Origin: Balanoglossus misakiensis
Taxonomy: Eukaryota; Animalia; Hemichordata
NCBI GenBank assembly: GCA_040954595.2
Contig: CM082590.2
Span: forward strand, 1,550,001-1,614,000
Length of the DNA stretch: 64,000 bases
Direction of reading: 5' to 3'
Shown here: positions 23,783 through 35,510 of the stretch, piece by piece
How positions within the stretch are numbered: the first letter of the stretch is position 1
How the letters are laid out: the number at the start of each line of letters is the position of its first letter
Made by a program: the position numbers and the translations under genes
The notes under the pieces: model-generated
Databases searched by the model: none
What the model saw: only the letters and a program-made list of their open reading frames with translations
Told to the model about the DNA's origin: nothing

Positions 23783-26394
23783 ATGGATCGCCCGGCAGCT
23801 GTCGTCTGCTCGTTGAATTACCTCAAATCATGGAAACAGGTCAAGTCTCTTACAAAGAGACAACTCGACGCGTGTTGTAAACAGGTCGGTATTACTGTTG
23901 ATGTCGGAAGAAGCGCACAAGAAGTCTTATTGTGTCACAAATTGTCGATCTCCACCGTAGGCAATGTTTCAACCCCATCGAAAAATAGTCGCGATATTGC
24001 AGCGACGTGTACGCGTAAACAACCGGTGAATTTGCTATCTGACAATGAACGGATCGAGTTACAAGCCCTTACGCCTGATGTTGTGAAATCGATGAAAGGC
24101 TGGACAACAGACATCAGTAGTATGCCTGAAGTGGATGTTTCAAAAGTTAAACAATATTTACTACGATGTAATAGTTCTTAGTTCACAGAAACAGATCTCC
24201 GTAAATACAAAGTGTCGAGAAGTTACCAACACATTGTGTCAGGTCATCTCCATTCAGTGAAATTCAACCCGAATGGTAAAAGTGGCTTGTTTTGTCTCAT
24301 TAGTGGACAGTGCATTGCATCACAATCAACAGACCCACAAAGAGTTAAATGGTGTTTTGCAGTATTGGACAAGTGTACTGGTCAACCCTATAGTGGTTAT
24401 TGCATTTGTACAGCAGGGTAAGTCTTGTGATGTGGTTTATTATTATTTTGTAATTATTTTGAAATTGATTCTGGTAGTTGTGTATTGAAGTACTGACAGA
24501 TCAGACAAGAAAAGTTGTTGTGCATTAGGTACCTAAGTTGGTACAGGAGGGTGTCTGTAATTGCATCTTTAATCACCAATTAATTCCATCGTATTTCAGC
24601 CCTGGACAGATATGTTCTCATGTTGGCGCCTTATTGTTTCTTGCTGCTGAGGTAGTTGCAGGTGGATTTGATAAACTGCCTGATGGTCCATCATGTACAG
24701 AAATACCATGTCAGTGGGCAGAACCAAAAGGTAATATCAATATTGGTCAATATGCAGAGTCTTATTGTATAGCAGTTCAGGTGTCAGTGTGTGTTTCCCA
24801 AGTGTATTTGGAGTCACATTTTAAGATTAACACAGACTCAATCCTTACATTTTCACAAAAGTTATATGTGGAGTTCTATAGCCACAATTGCAGGAAAACA
24901 ATTTTGGAATAGCTGTTGTTTAGGTAAACAATCTTCCTATAAAGCCATGAAAAACCTACCCGGGTAGTCACTGTTTACTTGGTACGTGTAAATTGTGCAT
25001 ATTAATTTGATTTTGATTTGAACATTTATGAATGCCTTGTATATTGTTTATTTCCTTTTAGACTTTAAGTGTAAAATATCATGATATGAACAAAACCAAG
25101 AAATGCAAATATTTCAGGTTGTATTATAATGTTGGCCTTTTGATTCTATTTACTAGGTGCTGGAGTTACTCCTGTTCCATTAAAGGAGATACAGCTGGGT
25201 AGGAATAAGAAGCAGTCAGACTTGTCAATTGGAAAACATGAGCCTGTGAAGCCTCAGCAGTTACTGACTACCACATCTTATGACAGAATTTTAAAATTGA
25301 AGCATGACATATTGAATGCCAATATTAACTTGCCACAGCCACCCATCGTACATCTCCTGGATATGAGCAGATTCAGGTCTTCCGAACCAAGCATATCTTC
25401 TCCAGTGAAAACGCTACCTGATGATGGAAATGACCTTGACTCTGTATTAGCATTTTCCAAAGAAATTACCACAGAAACAACTCCAATGGCTATTCCAGAA
25501 ATGCCACATTTACAGTGTGAAAACACACTAAATGAGAAATATGTTACAGAGAAACTGCGATTTCTAAATGATTGTAAACTCACTTCTGAAGAAAGAGACA
25601 AAGTTGCAAATATTACTTTGGGGCAAGGACATAACAATGAATGGATTCAACAGAGAAAAGGCTCTGTAACTTCCACTAAATTTAAGCGCATTGTCTCATT
25701 CTTAAATACTGGTAAATCATCTGCAGATAATCTCATGTCAGATATCATGGGTTATAAATCTTGTGAATACAAGAGTGTGGCAATGGAGTGGGGTATTGAG
25801 CATGAAACCACTGCTATACATAAATACATACAAACACAATCGAATGAGAACTGTAAACTTGATGTAATTCCACAGGGATTGTTGGTACATGAAGACTTTG
25901 CTTACATTAGGGCTTCACCTGATGGTATAGTAACCTGTAGTTGTGACACCTGTCCTAAAAAATTGATTGAAGTAAAGTGTCCATATAAGCACAGGCATAT
26001 ATCTCCACAGGAGGCTGTTCATAACAAGTTAGTTGACTATATTTCTTATGATAGTCAATCAGGAATTTACACTTTGAGAAAGAATCACACAAGAGGCTAT
26101 TTTGAACAAGTAACTGTTCAAATGGCAGTATCACAAGTGTACATCTTGGATTTTGTTGTATGGACATGCAAGGGACTGCTTGTTGTTCCTGTTGAGTTTG
26201 ATGAAAAATACTGGTTGGAGTTGCTCTTGCCAGCCTCAGTGGCTTTTTTCACAAATTTCATTGTCCCAGAGATTTTGACATCTTCTTTGAAAGAAAAACT
26301 CAAAAGAGATGTGCCTGTGAATATTTCAGACAATATCCCACCACAGGAAACAACAAGCAGTGACAGTGATGTGTCGAGTGTTGATGACTGTTGA
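23783..26394 (+). CDS. SWIM zinc finger + YqaJ/lambda-exonuclease-like protein (exons ~23783-24418, 24600-24730, 25158-26394); in-frame TAG at 24179
   Basis: SWIM motif CICTAG/PGQICSH is split by a GT-AG intron. YqaJ motifs WIQQRKGSVTSTKF, WGIEHE, ASPDG, EVKCP, YFEQV. Confidence 0.85.
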
Positions 26395-26935
26395 TTTATC
26401 AACAGAAAAACAACCAGTACTGGCATGCACACAAAACTGTTAGGATGAGAGGCGAGAGCACCAAATTACTCAAGAGTGTAAGGCCACTTGATGAAATGTG
26501 ATGTCAATTTGAAATGCTTGAAATAAGTCATGGATTACTTTCTTCCAGTTTTACTTTTTAAATATTACACTCGGTCTCAGTTCCCACTGATATCTGGAAA
26601 CAAAATGAACTTGTATAATAAGGAAATGTATCTTGCTGTGCTAATGTTTATGCGTGTGCTTTGAGGTGTTACACACCCATCGCCATAACCAATGGCATTC
26701 CATTGTTCAATACATTTCTATATTTGACAATACAACGTGCCAATATGAAACTCCTGTGCATGTGAACCCATGTGTTGAGAAACTGAAGTCTGAAGCATGA
26801 GATGTTTGGCTAGATGTCAGTTCATTTGCATGTCAGTCCATTATACATAATAAATACATGTAAGTCATGTTTTTGGTGAAATAAACATTCATGTTTATTG
26901 CATGTATTCACTGTCTCTTTGCACATTGACTTTGA

Positions 26936-27118
26936 CAGCTTGGCCCAAAACAATCTGATTAAATCAGATGTGGGGTTGGCCCAAACTTTACCTTAGCTGA
27001 TTCTTGACTGTTCTGTTCGCCACACTACAGATGGACATCCAAGAACAGAACTTCCAAGAATCAGGTTAAGATCGAGTCAAACCTACATCTGATTATAATC
27101 AGATTGGGCCCAAACCTG
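26936..27118. repeat. ~180-bp fold-back/MITE-like inverted repeat between the convergent ISL2EU genes
   Basis: ...CAATCTGATTAAATCAGATGTGGGGTTG...CTGATTCTTG is mirrored by CAAGAATCAG...CAAACCTACATCTGATTATAATCAGATTG.... Confidence 0.7.
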
Positions 27119-28962
27119 TTATTGAACAATTGGTGTTTGGAAATTCACCAAGTATGCACATACTTTGAAAATATTCTCTGCTGATTCCAGCATCGACAGT
27201 TTCAGATCACCATCAAGAATGTGATACGTCTTTATACGCTGGATAATACGCTCAATATGCCCTCGTACAGTTGAAACTCTCTCAGAATATTCTAATTCAT
27301 GCTTGGAAAGCTGTGGTCGATCACATCCCTTAAATGCTGGAACATAGAACTTAACACCAATATCTGACAATTCAACTTCAATCCTGAACCCTCTATCTGC
27401 CATCACCGCCCCCTGATTGTCTCTCAAACTGTCCATCAAATCACAGGATTGTGTTGTTATGTGTTTGTCTGATGCACGTCCACCATACAGCCGACTGATG
27501 TATGTGACTGCCAAGTTTGGGCTCATACCAACTAGGTATTTATATGTATTGTGGTGTTTGTAATTTGAAAACACTTGCTTTTTAGCATCACATCGTTTTG
27601 GTGTCTGTATGAATAACTCGGTACAGTCTAAGATAATTTGAATATTTGAGAAATCATTTACAACAGAGGACTGATTTTCTTGAGTGACAATACTTGGTGG
27701 AAGTTTGCAGAGAAACTCAAGTTGCATGCACATCAAGTTTACCCAGGTGTTAAATATGATAGACACAGTACTGACAGATACATCAAATCGCTCTGCTAAG
27801 TCCTGAAGCAAAAGCCCAACACTTAAACGTACCAAAGTCAAAAAAAATTCTTCCTCAAGTGTCAGTTTCCGGTCAGACCCAGGCTTACTTGAGCATCTGG
27901 TACTGAAATGTTCATACAAATGGGTCCTGGAACCACTCCAGTATTTCATATTTTTAGCTATCGGTTCCAGATAGCTGAATAAAGCATAGAATGTACCGTA
28001 GTTAGGAAATCTTGTCCAAAACTGCATTTTTTTGGGATTGTGTTTATATTCTCTAATCGCAGTGTTTGTCTTTTCAGTTTCTCAATTTCATACTCCATTT
28101 CTGCAATTTTATTATGGGCCTCACTGTGAATTTCTTCCATGGAGGGTTGTACATAGGTGTGATCAGCAGATGGTGGAGGGACAATGGTCAGTTCAGATCG
28201 GGGTCTTCCTTTCCTGGCAAAAGTTAACCTCCTCCTTGTCTTTGGTTTCTTCAATGCTCTTTGGTTCTTAAGTGGACTAACTTGCTGCTTTGATGATGTC
28301 AGACTAGTCCTCGGAGTTGTTTGTTTCATCTTCAGTTTCGGCACATAGCCTTCATCTGACGGGCTATCACTCTTTCCTGTAATTAGAAACACAAAATGGT
28401 TTTCAAAACTTTTCTTTATCATCAATCACACATTTTGAATGGAAACAAATTTAGGGTTCCAGGGTTTTAAAGTATAAACCGGGTTACAACGTCCCCAAAT
28501 GATTTGCAGAGGGCGCTCATAATGCCCATGTTTGGGATTACGTCATTCACATTGCCGAGACAACGTTGTTGATGCCGGTTGCTAGGTAGCGCGCCATCTT
28601 GTAAGGGGATCTTACTTTCAGTTTGTACATCGTTTCGTGTTTCTCCCAAAGCAAACTTTTTATTACTTATCCCAACACTACACATAAACGATGCTCTATT
28701 TGATTCTTGATTTTTCTAACGTACCTTTCGGGAAATGATCTGAGCACACCCTCATCCATGACTTCGGCTCCCAGTTTGGTTCGCCCCGTCGTATCGCATC
28801 GACCCAAAGCTTCAATCTCTTTTTATCTTTCATAGGAAAAGAATAATACGATCTCCGTATTCCAGCTTCCAAATCAGAACCCTTGCTGTTTGTGCACATT
28901 GGCATACAGCAATAGGTGCCACGACCACGCCGTTTTCGCCGAAAAACTTTTGGAGAAAACAT
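27119..28962 (-). CDS. THAP + Harbinger-type DDE transposase (exon 1 ~28962-28725, exon 2 28376-27119); frameshift in an A7 run at ~28030
   Basis: THAP motif CCMPMC...FP...W...VCSDHF. HTH segment LQDLAERFDVSVSTVS. Catalytic motifs LDCTE, YKHHNTYK, GRASD, ADRGF, HIERIIQRIK. Confidence 0.9.
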
Positions 28963-31900
28963 TGTACAGTTTACGGTGATCGTCCACCATCGGAGCGATC
29001 GTTTGACAGCGCGTATGAGCGCAGACGTAGACGTGACCGGATCCACTCATTGCGCGTTGCATTATGGGTCATGTCAAAGGGGAGCATACTTAATTAGTCA
29101 TGTGACATGGCGGCCATATTGGATTTTCTAAAAAAATGCAAATCTCAGATCTCAGAAACTACAAGTCAGATCGACTTCAGATTTGGCGTGCTGGTAGTGT
29201 ACCTTCTGCCCATCATTTTTGTAATTGGATATTTTGCTATCAATGTTGCAGTTTTTTGGCTACAGTTGTTTTTCTGAAATCTGGTCAAAATTTCAAAAAT
29301 CTTCTTCTCCAGAACCAGCGATAACCAAGTCACGCGGTTTGGGGTATGTGGTCACCTTACTGATGTCTATCAAGTTTGCGAAGATCATTGTGATTGGTCG
29401 AAGATTATGGCGGCCATATTGGATTTTCGAAAAACCATAGTAAAACTCCAAAAATCTTCTTCTCCAGAACGAGCGATAACTGAGTCGCAAGATTCGGGGA
29501 GTATGGTCACTACACTGATGTCTATCAAGTTTGCAAAGAGCATTGTGATTGGTTGAAGATTATGGCGGCCATATTGGATTTTGTAAAAAGCAATGAAAAA
29601 TTGAAATTCCTTTTCCTAGTCTAAAAATTGATAGCATACAAATTATTTTTATGGATATCAATCGTCATATGACTAAAATATGTTACAAATTTTTGGCGAT
29701 TTTTCACATGACCTTTGACCTACTTTTCACACGTTATTATTTCTGCATATCTAGTTCCAGGCTAACATATAGGGCTAGACGTTTGGGTTTTGATGCATGT
29801 GGATTAGTGTTGGATCAAAATATTTTGCTACTTTTCATGACCCCTTTGACCTCTGCTGACCTCATTAATTATGTGCATAGCTAATTACAGGCGAACTAAT
29901 AGAGCTAGAAGTTTGGTTTTTGTTGGACATGGACCAGTATGGGATCAATTTTTTTGCCCAAATGTTGGGTGACCTCTGGCGACCTTTGACCTACTTTCGC
30001 ATATCTCAGCATCCACAGCAGATACAGCCTTGGTGTTTGGAGGTATAGGGCCATAATGAAAAGCCAAAGTTTTGGGTCACCTGTGACACCTGCTTAACTC
30101 ATTATTTATGTGCATACCTAATTCTGGGCTAACCAAAATGGCTAGAGGTCTGTTTTTTGTGGGACATGGACCACAATGGGTCAAAATTTTCTGCCCAAAT
30201 TGTGGGTGACCTCTGGGTGACCTTTGACCTACTTAACACTATTTCAGCACCAAACATAGATATAATCTTGATATTTCATGGGATAAAACACATATGTGCA
30301 TATCTAATAATCAGATCAGATAATAGAGCTTGGGCCCGGACAATGCTGCTTGCAGCTTTAATCTTTCTTTATTCTTGTGTCAATTCTTTGTCGCTCTAGA
30401 TCTCAGACACCGCTGCAGGTACACTTCTGAAACTTGCTACAGTGGTCAAGGTCAATGAGTAGTCGTGCATTGAACCTGTGAATTTTTAATTAGTCACGTG
30501 ACCTGGCGGCCATATTGGATTTTCTGAAAAAATGCAAATCTCAGATCTCAGAAACTACAAGTCAGATCGACTTCAAATTTGCTGTGCAGGTAGTCTACCT
30601 TCTACCCATCATTTTTGTAATTGGATATTTTGCTGTAAATGTTGCAGTTTTTTTGCTACAATTTTTTTTCTGAAATCTGGCTTAAATTTCAAAAATCTTC
30701 TTCTCCAGAACCGGTGATAACTGAGTCACGCGGTTTGGGGTATGTGGTCACCTAACTGATGTCTATCAAGTTTGCGAAGATCATTGTGATTGGTCAAAGA
30801 TTATGGCGGCCATATTGGATTTTCGAAAAACCATAGTAAAACTTCAAAAATCTTCTTCTCAAGAACGGGCGATAACCGAGTCACAAGATTTGGTGTGTGT
30901 GGTCATTAAACAGGTGTCTATCAAGTTTGCGAAGAGGAATGTGATTGGTCGAAGATTATGGCGGCCATATTGGATTTTGTGAAAAACGATTAAAAAGTAA
31001 AAATTCCCTTTCTAGCCTAAAAATTGATAGCACAGAAATTCTTTTTATGGATATGAATCATCATATGACAAGAATAAGCTATAAATATTTTGGTACTTTT
31101 GGCAATGACCTTTGACCTACTTATCGCATGATTTTTCTGCATATCTAATTCCAGGCTAACCAATAGGGCTATAAGTTTGGTTTTTGATGTATGTCGATTT
31201 GTATGTGATCCAAAAATTTTGCTACTTTTCATGACCCCTTTGACCTCTGCTGACCTCATTAAATATGTACATACCTAATTACAGATGAACCAATAGACCT
31301 AGAGGTTTTGTTTTTGTTATACATGGACCAGTATGGGGTCAAAATATTTTGCCCAAATGTTGGGTGACCTCGGGTGACCTTTGACCTACTTTGGCATATC
31401 TTGACATCCACAGCAGATACAGCCTTGGCGTTTGGAGGTATAGGGCCATAATCAAAAGCCAAAGTTTTGGGTCACCTGTGACACCTGCTTAACTCATTAT
31501 TTATGTGCATACCTAATTCCGGGCTAACCAAAAGGGCTAGAGATCTGGTTTTTGTAGGACATAGACCACTATGGGTCAAAATATTCTGCCCAAATAATTG
31601 GTGACCTCTGGGTGACCTTTGACCTACTTAATACTATGTCAACACCAAGCCTAGATATAACCTTGATATTTCATGGGATAAAACACAGCATTATGTTTCT
31701 ACTCATTAATTATGTGCATATCTAATAATCAGATCAGATAATACAGCTTGGGCCCGGACAATGCTGCTTGCAGCTTTAATTCTTTCTTTCTTTCTTTCTT
31801 TATTCTTGTGTCAATTCTTTGTCGCTCTAGATCTCAGACACCACTGCAGGTACACTTCTGAAACTTGCTACAGTGGTCAAGGTCAATGAGTAGTCGTGCA

Positions 31901-34900
31901 TTGAACCCTTGAATTTCTAATTAGTCACATGACCTGGCAGCCATCTTGGATTTTCTGAAAATATGCAAATCTCAGATCTCAGAAACTACAAGTCAGATCG
32001 ACTTCAAATTTGGCGTGCAGGTAGACTACCTTCTGCCCATCATTTCTGTAATTGGAAATTATGCTGACAAAGTTGCAGTTTTTTTGCTACAGTTGTTTTT
32101 CTGAAATCTGGTCAAAATTTCAAAAATCTTCTTCTCCAGAACCGGCGATAACCGAGTCACGCGGTTTGGAGTATGTGGTCACCAAGCTGAGGTCTATCAA
32201 GTTTGCGAAGATCATTGTGATTGGTCGAAGATTATGGCGGCCATATTGGATTTAAAAAAAACCCTTGTAAAATTTCAAAAATCTTCTTCTCAAGAACCGG
32301 CGATAACTGAGTCACAAGATTTGATGTGTGTGGTCATTAAACAGATGTCTATCAAGTTTGCGAAGAGGAATGTGATTGGTTGAAGATTATGGCGGCCATA
32401 TTGGATTACGTGAAAAACGATTAAAAAGTAAAAATTCCCTTTCTAGCCTAAAAATTGATAGCACAGAAATTCTTTTTACGGATATGAAACATCATATGAC
32501 AAGAATAAGCTATAAATATTTTGGTAATTTTGGCAGTGACCTTTGACCTACTTTTGACGCATCATTTTTCTGCATATCTAATTCCAGGTTAACCAATAGG
32601 GCTATAAGTTTGGTTTTTGATGTATGTGGATTTGTATGTGATCAAAAAATTTTGCTACTTTTCATGACCCCTTTGACCTCTGGTGACCTCATTAAATATG
32701 CGCATACCTAATTAATGATGAACCAATAGACCTAGAGGTTTTGTTTTTGTTATACATGGACCAGTATGGGGTCAAAATATTTTGCCCAAATGTTGGGTGA
32801 CCTCGGGTGACCTTTGACCTACTTAACACTATATCAGCATCAGATCAGATAATAGAGCTTGGGCCCGGACAATGCTGCTTGCAGCTTTAATACTTTCTTT
32901 CTTTCTTTCTTTCTTTATTCTTGTGTCAATTCTTTGACCCACGAGATCACAGACACCGCTGCAGGTACACTTCTGAAACTTGCTACAGTGGTCAAGGTCA
33001 ATTAGTAGTCGTGCATTGAACCCTTGAATTTTGAATTAGTCACGTGACCTGGCGGCCATCTTGGATTTTCTGAAAAAATGCAAATCTCAGATCTCAGAAA
33101 CTACAAGTCAGATCAACTTCAAATTTGGCATGCTGGTAGAATACCTACTGCCCATCATTTTTGTAATTGGAAATTATGCTGACAAAGTTGCAGTTTTTTG
33201 CTACAATTTTTTTTCTGAAATCTGGCTTAAATTTCAAAAATCTTCTTCTCCAGAACCGGTGATAACCGAGATACAGGGTTTGGTGTATGTGGTCACCTAA
33301 CTGATGTCTATCAAGTTTGCGAAGATCATTGTGATTGGTGGAAGATTTTGGCGGCCATATTGGATTTTCGAAAAACCCTAGTAAAATTTCACAAATCTTA
33401 TTTTCAAGAACCGGCGATAACCGAGTCACAAGATTTGGTGTGTGTGGTCATTAAACAGATGTCTATCAAGTTTGCTAAGAAGAAAGTGATTGGTCGAAGA
33501 TTATGGCAGCCATATTAAAACGATTAAAAAGTAAAAATTCCCTTTCTAGCCTAAAAATTGATAGCACAGAAATTCTTTTTATGGATATGAATCATCATAT
33601 GACAAGAATAAGCTATAAATATTTTGATAATTTTGGCAATGACCTTTGACCTACTTTTGACGCATCATTTTTCTGCATATCTAATTCCAGGCTACCCAAC
33701 AGGGCTATAAGTTTGGTTTTTGATGTATATGGATTTGTATGTGATCAAAAAATTTTGCTACTTTTCATGACCCCTTTGACCTCTGCTGACCTCATTAAAT
33801 ATGCACATACCTAATTACAGATGAACCAATAGACCTAGAGGTTTTGTTTTTGTTATACATGGACCAGTATGGGGTCAAAATATTTTGCCCAAATGTTGGG
33901 TGACCTCGGGTGACCTTTGACCTACTTTTGCATATCTTGACATCCACAGCAGATACAGCCTTGGCGTTTGGAGGTATGGGGCCATATAGTCAGGTGGAAA
34001 TTTCAGAAAATGAGCATTTTAAAAGCATGTCAGGCATTTTTTGGTACAAGCTGGGAACAAGTTGTTTTTGGATATTTCGAATACGCTGATTTCGAATTTG
34101 CCTGTTCCCAAAAATTCTTTTCACGTTTTCATGTCGAAAATGGCAAATTAATTTGTGACGTCATAATTTCAAAATACCTAAAAGAAAACGCTGTTTGTAG
34201 CCATTATGGTGCAATATCACAGGTCAACACCATAATAGTCTATTGAAATCATATTCGTATATTCATTTAAATATTTTTAAACAATTTTTTTAATTTAGAA
34301 ACATTTTGTGAATTGGTAAAATGCTAATTTATGTTAATTAGGTCCAGGTGGAAATTTCAGAAAATGAGCATTTTAAAAGCATGTCATTCATTTTTTGGTA
34401 CAAGCTGGGAACAAGTTGTTTTTGGATATTTCGAATACGCTGATTTCGAATTTGCCTGTTCCCAAAAAATCTTTTCACGTTTTCATGTCGAAAATGGCAA
34501 ATTAATTTGTGACGTCATAATTTCAAAATACCTAAAGAAAATGCTGTTTGTAGCCATTATGGTGCAATATCACAGGTCAACACCATAATAGTCTATTGAA
34601 ATCATATTCTTATATTCATTTAAATATTTTTAAGCATTTTTTTAAATTTAGAAACATTTGGTGAATTGGTAAAAATGCTAATTTATGTTAATTAGGTGAC
34701 ACGCCCATCTAAAATCAATGGTCTACAAAAGAGAGCCAACAGTGTTAAGTGAGGTGTCTATTGCAATGTTTTCAGGGTCAAGGAATTCAAATATGCAATC
34801 GATTACCTTGTCAGACAAGGTGCAGCATGGAAAATATGCAAAATTAGCTTAATTACTCACGATGTCATGCTAAAATTGACAATTGAAAGCTAATGATACG

Positions 34901-35510
34901 ACTATGGCCTGTGAGGTGTCTATTCACATGTTTTTTGGCAAATGTTTGCATTTTAATGAATAACTGAAATGAAACTTTTCATATTTGTATGTAATAGCAT
35001 GTAAAAAACAACAAAAAACAAACAAAGAAACATACACAACGAGGATTTAGTTTAGACTGTACATGCTCGTTGGTAACATCGTGACCGATCGCTCCGTTAA
35101 AAAAACACCAGAACATTGAACGTATGAATGTTTAGGTCCACAATTCACAAGTTATTGAACTATGAATGTATGTTCAATGTTGTGAAAAGCCAAAAACATA
35201 CTTTTTGCCAACAAAACTGGCATTTGTTAACGTACAAGTTGTTCATTAATAGCGAAAGCATCGTATGGCCACACTCACATTATGCCAGCACCGTATATTC
35301 ATGCTTAGTTATAAGACGTTGAATGCACACCGATGGCCCGACGTCCTCGGTGTTTTATTGAAACCCGGTCTCTAACAACAATTTCTCTTCATAAGTAAAG
35401 AGTAATGTGTATTTTTATTACGTTTTTATATGTGATACTGTGTGCAAAGTGAAGATTGTGTCAGTGAGGCAACATATATACATGTATGTTTAATCCACTT
35501 GGGTGTCGTA

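Larger units (their letters stand above)
23687..29085. mobile_element. ISL2EU-type PIF/Harbinger DNA transposon (5.4 kb) inserted in a HINE unit
   Basis: A sister unit shows the empty site GTGAAT^ACTTAA (~17553); here AT is duplicated at 23685-86 and 29086-87. Imperfect ~34-bp TIRs: GCTTCATTTCGACAATTCCCATAAT... versus GCTCCCCTTTGACATGACCCATAAT.... The element carries convergent THAP-DDE and SWIM-YqaJ genes. Confidence 0.93.
6722..33986 (+). mobile_element. Array of ~15 non-autonomous Helentron-type (HINE/DINE-1-like) elements, 1.1-1.7 kb each
   Basis: Each element has a ~53-nt 5' hairpin head (TAGGGCCCAAGC...GCTTGGGCCCTA), a (TCTT)n microsatellite, internal sub-repeats, a 3' subterminal inverted copy GCTTGGGCCC and a terminal stem-loop GCTGC-TT-GCAGC-TTTAAT. 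This matches the established HINE architecture. The 3' ends lie at ~8258, 9687, 11358, 12786, 14220, 15881, 17421, 19095, 20527, 22013, 23500, 30362, 31780 and 32891. The last unit is truncated at 33986. No coding capacity. Confidence 0.8.

Noticed and set aside
25222-26394. YqaJ exonuclease as a phage/bacterial insert or contamination
   Set aside because: The gene has spliceosomal introns and lies within TIR/TSD-bounded ISL2EU, where this domain is expected.
7011-33429. Recurrent 60-80 aa ORFs (MQISDLRNYKSD..., MAFHYGPIPP...) as a small-peptide gene family
   Set aside because: They are by-products of the repeat unit. They are interrupted in several copies, and no domain or splice structure is visible.
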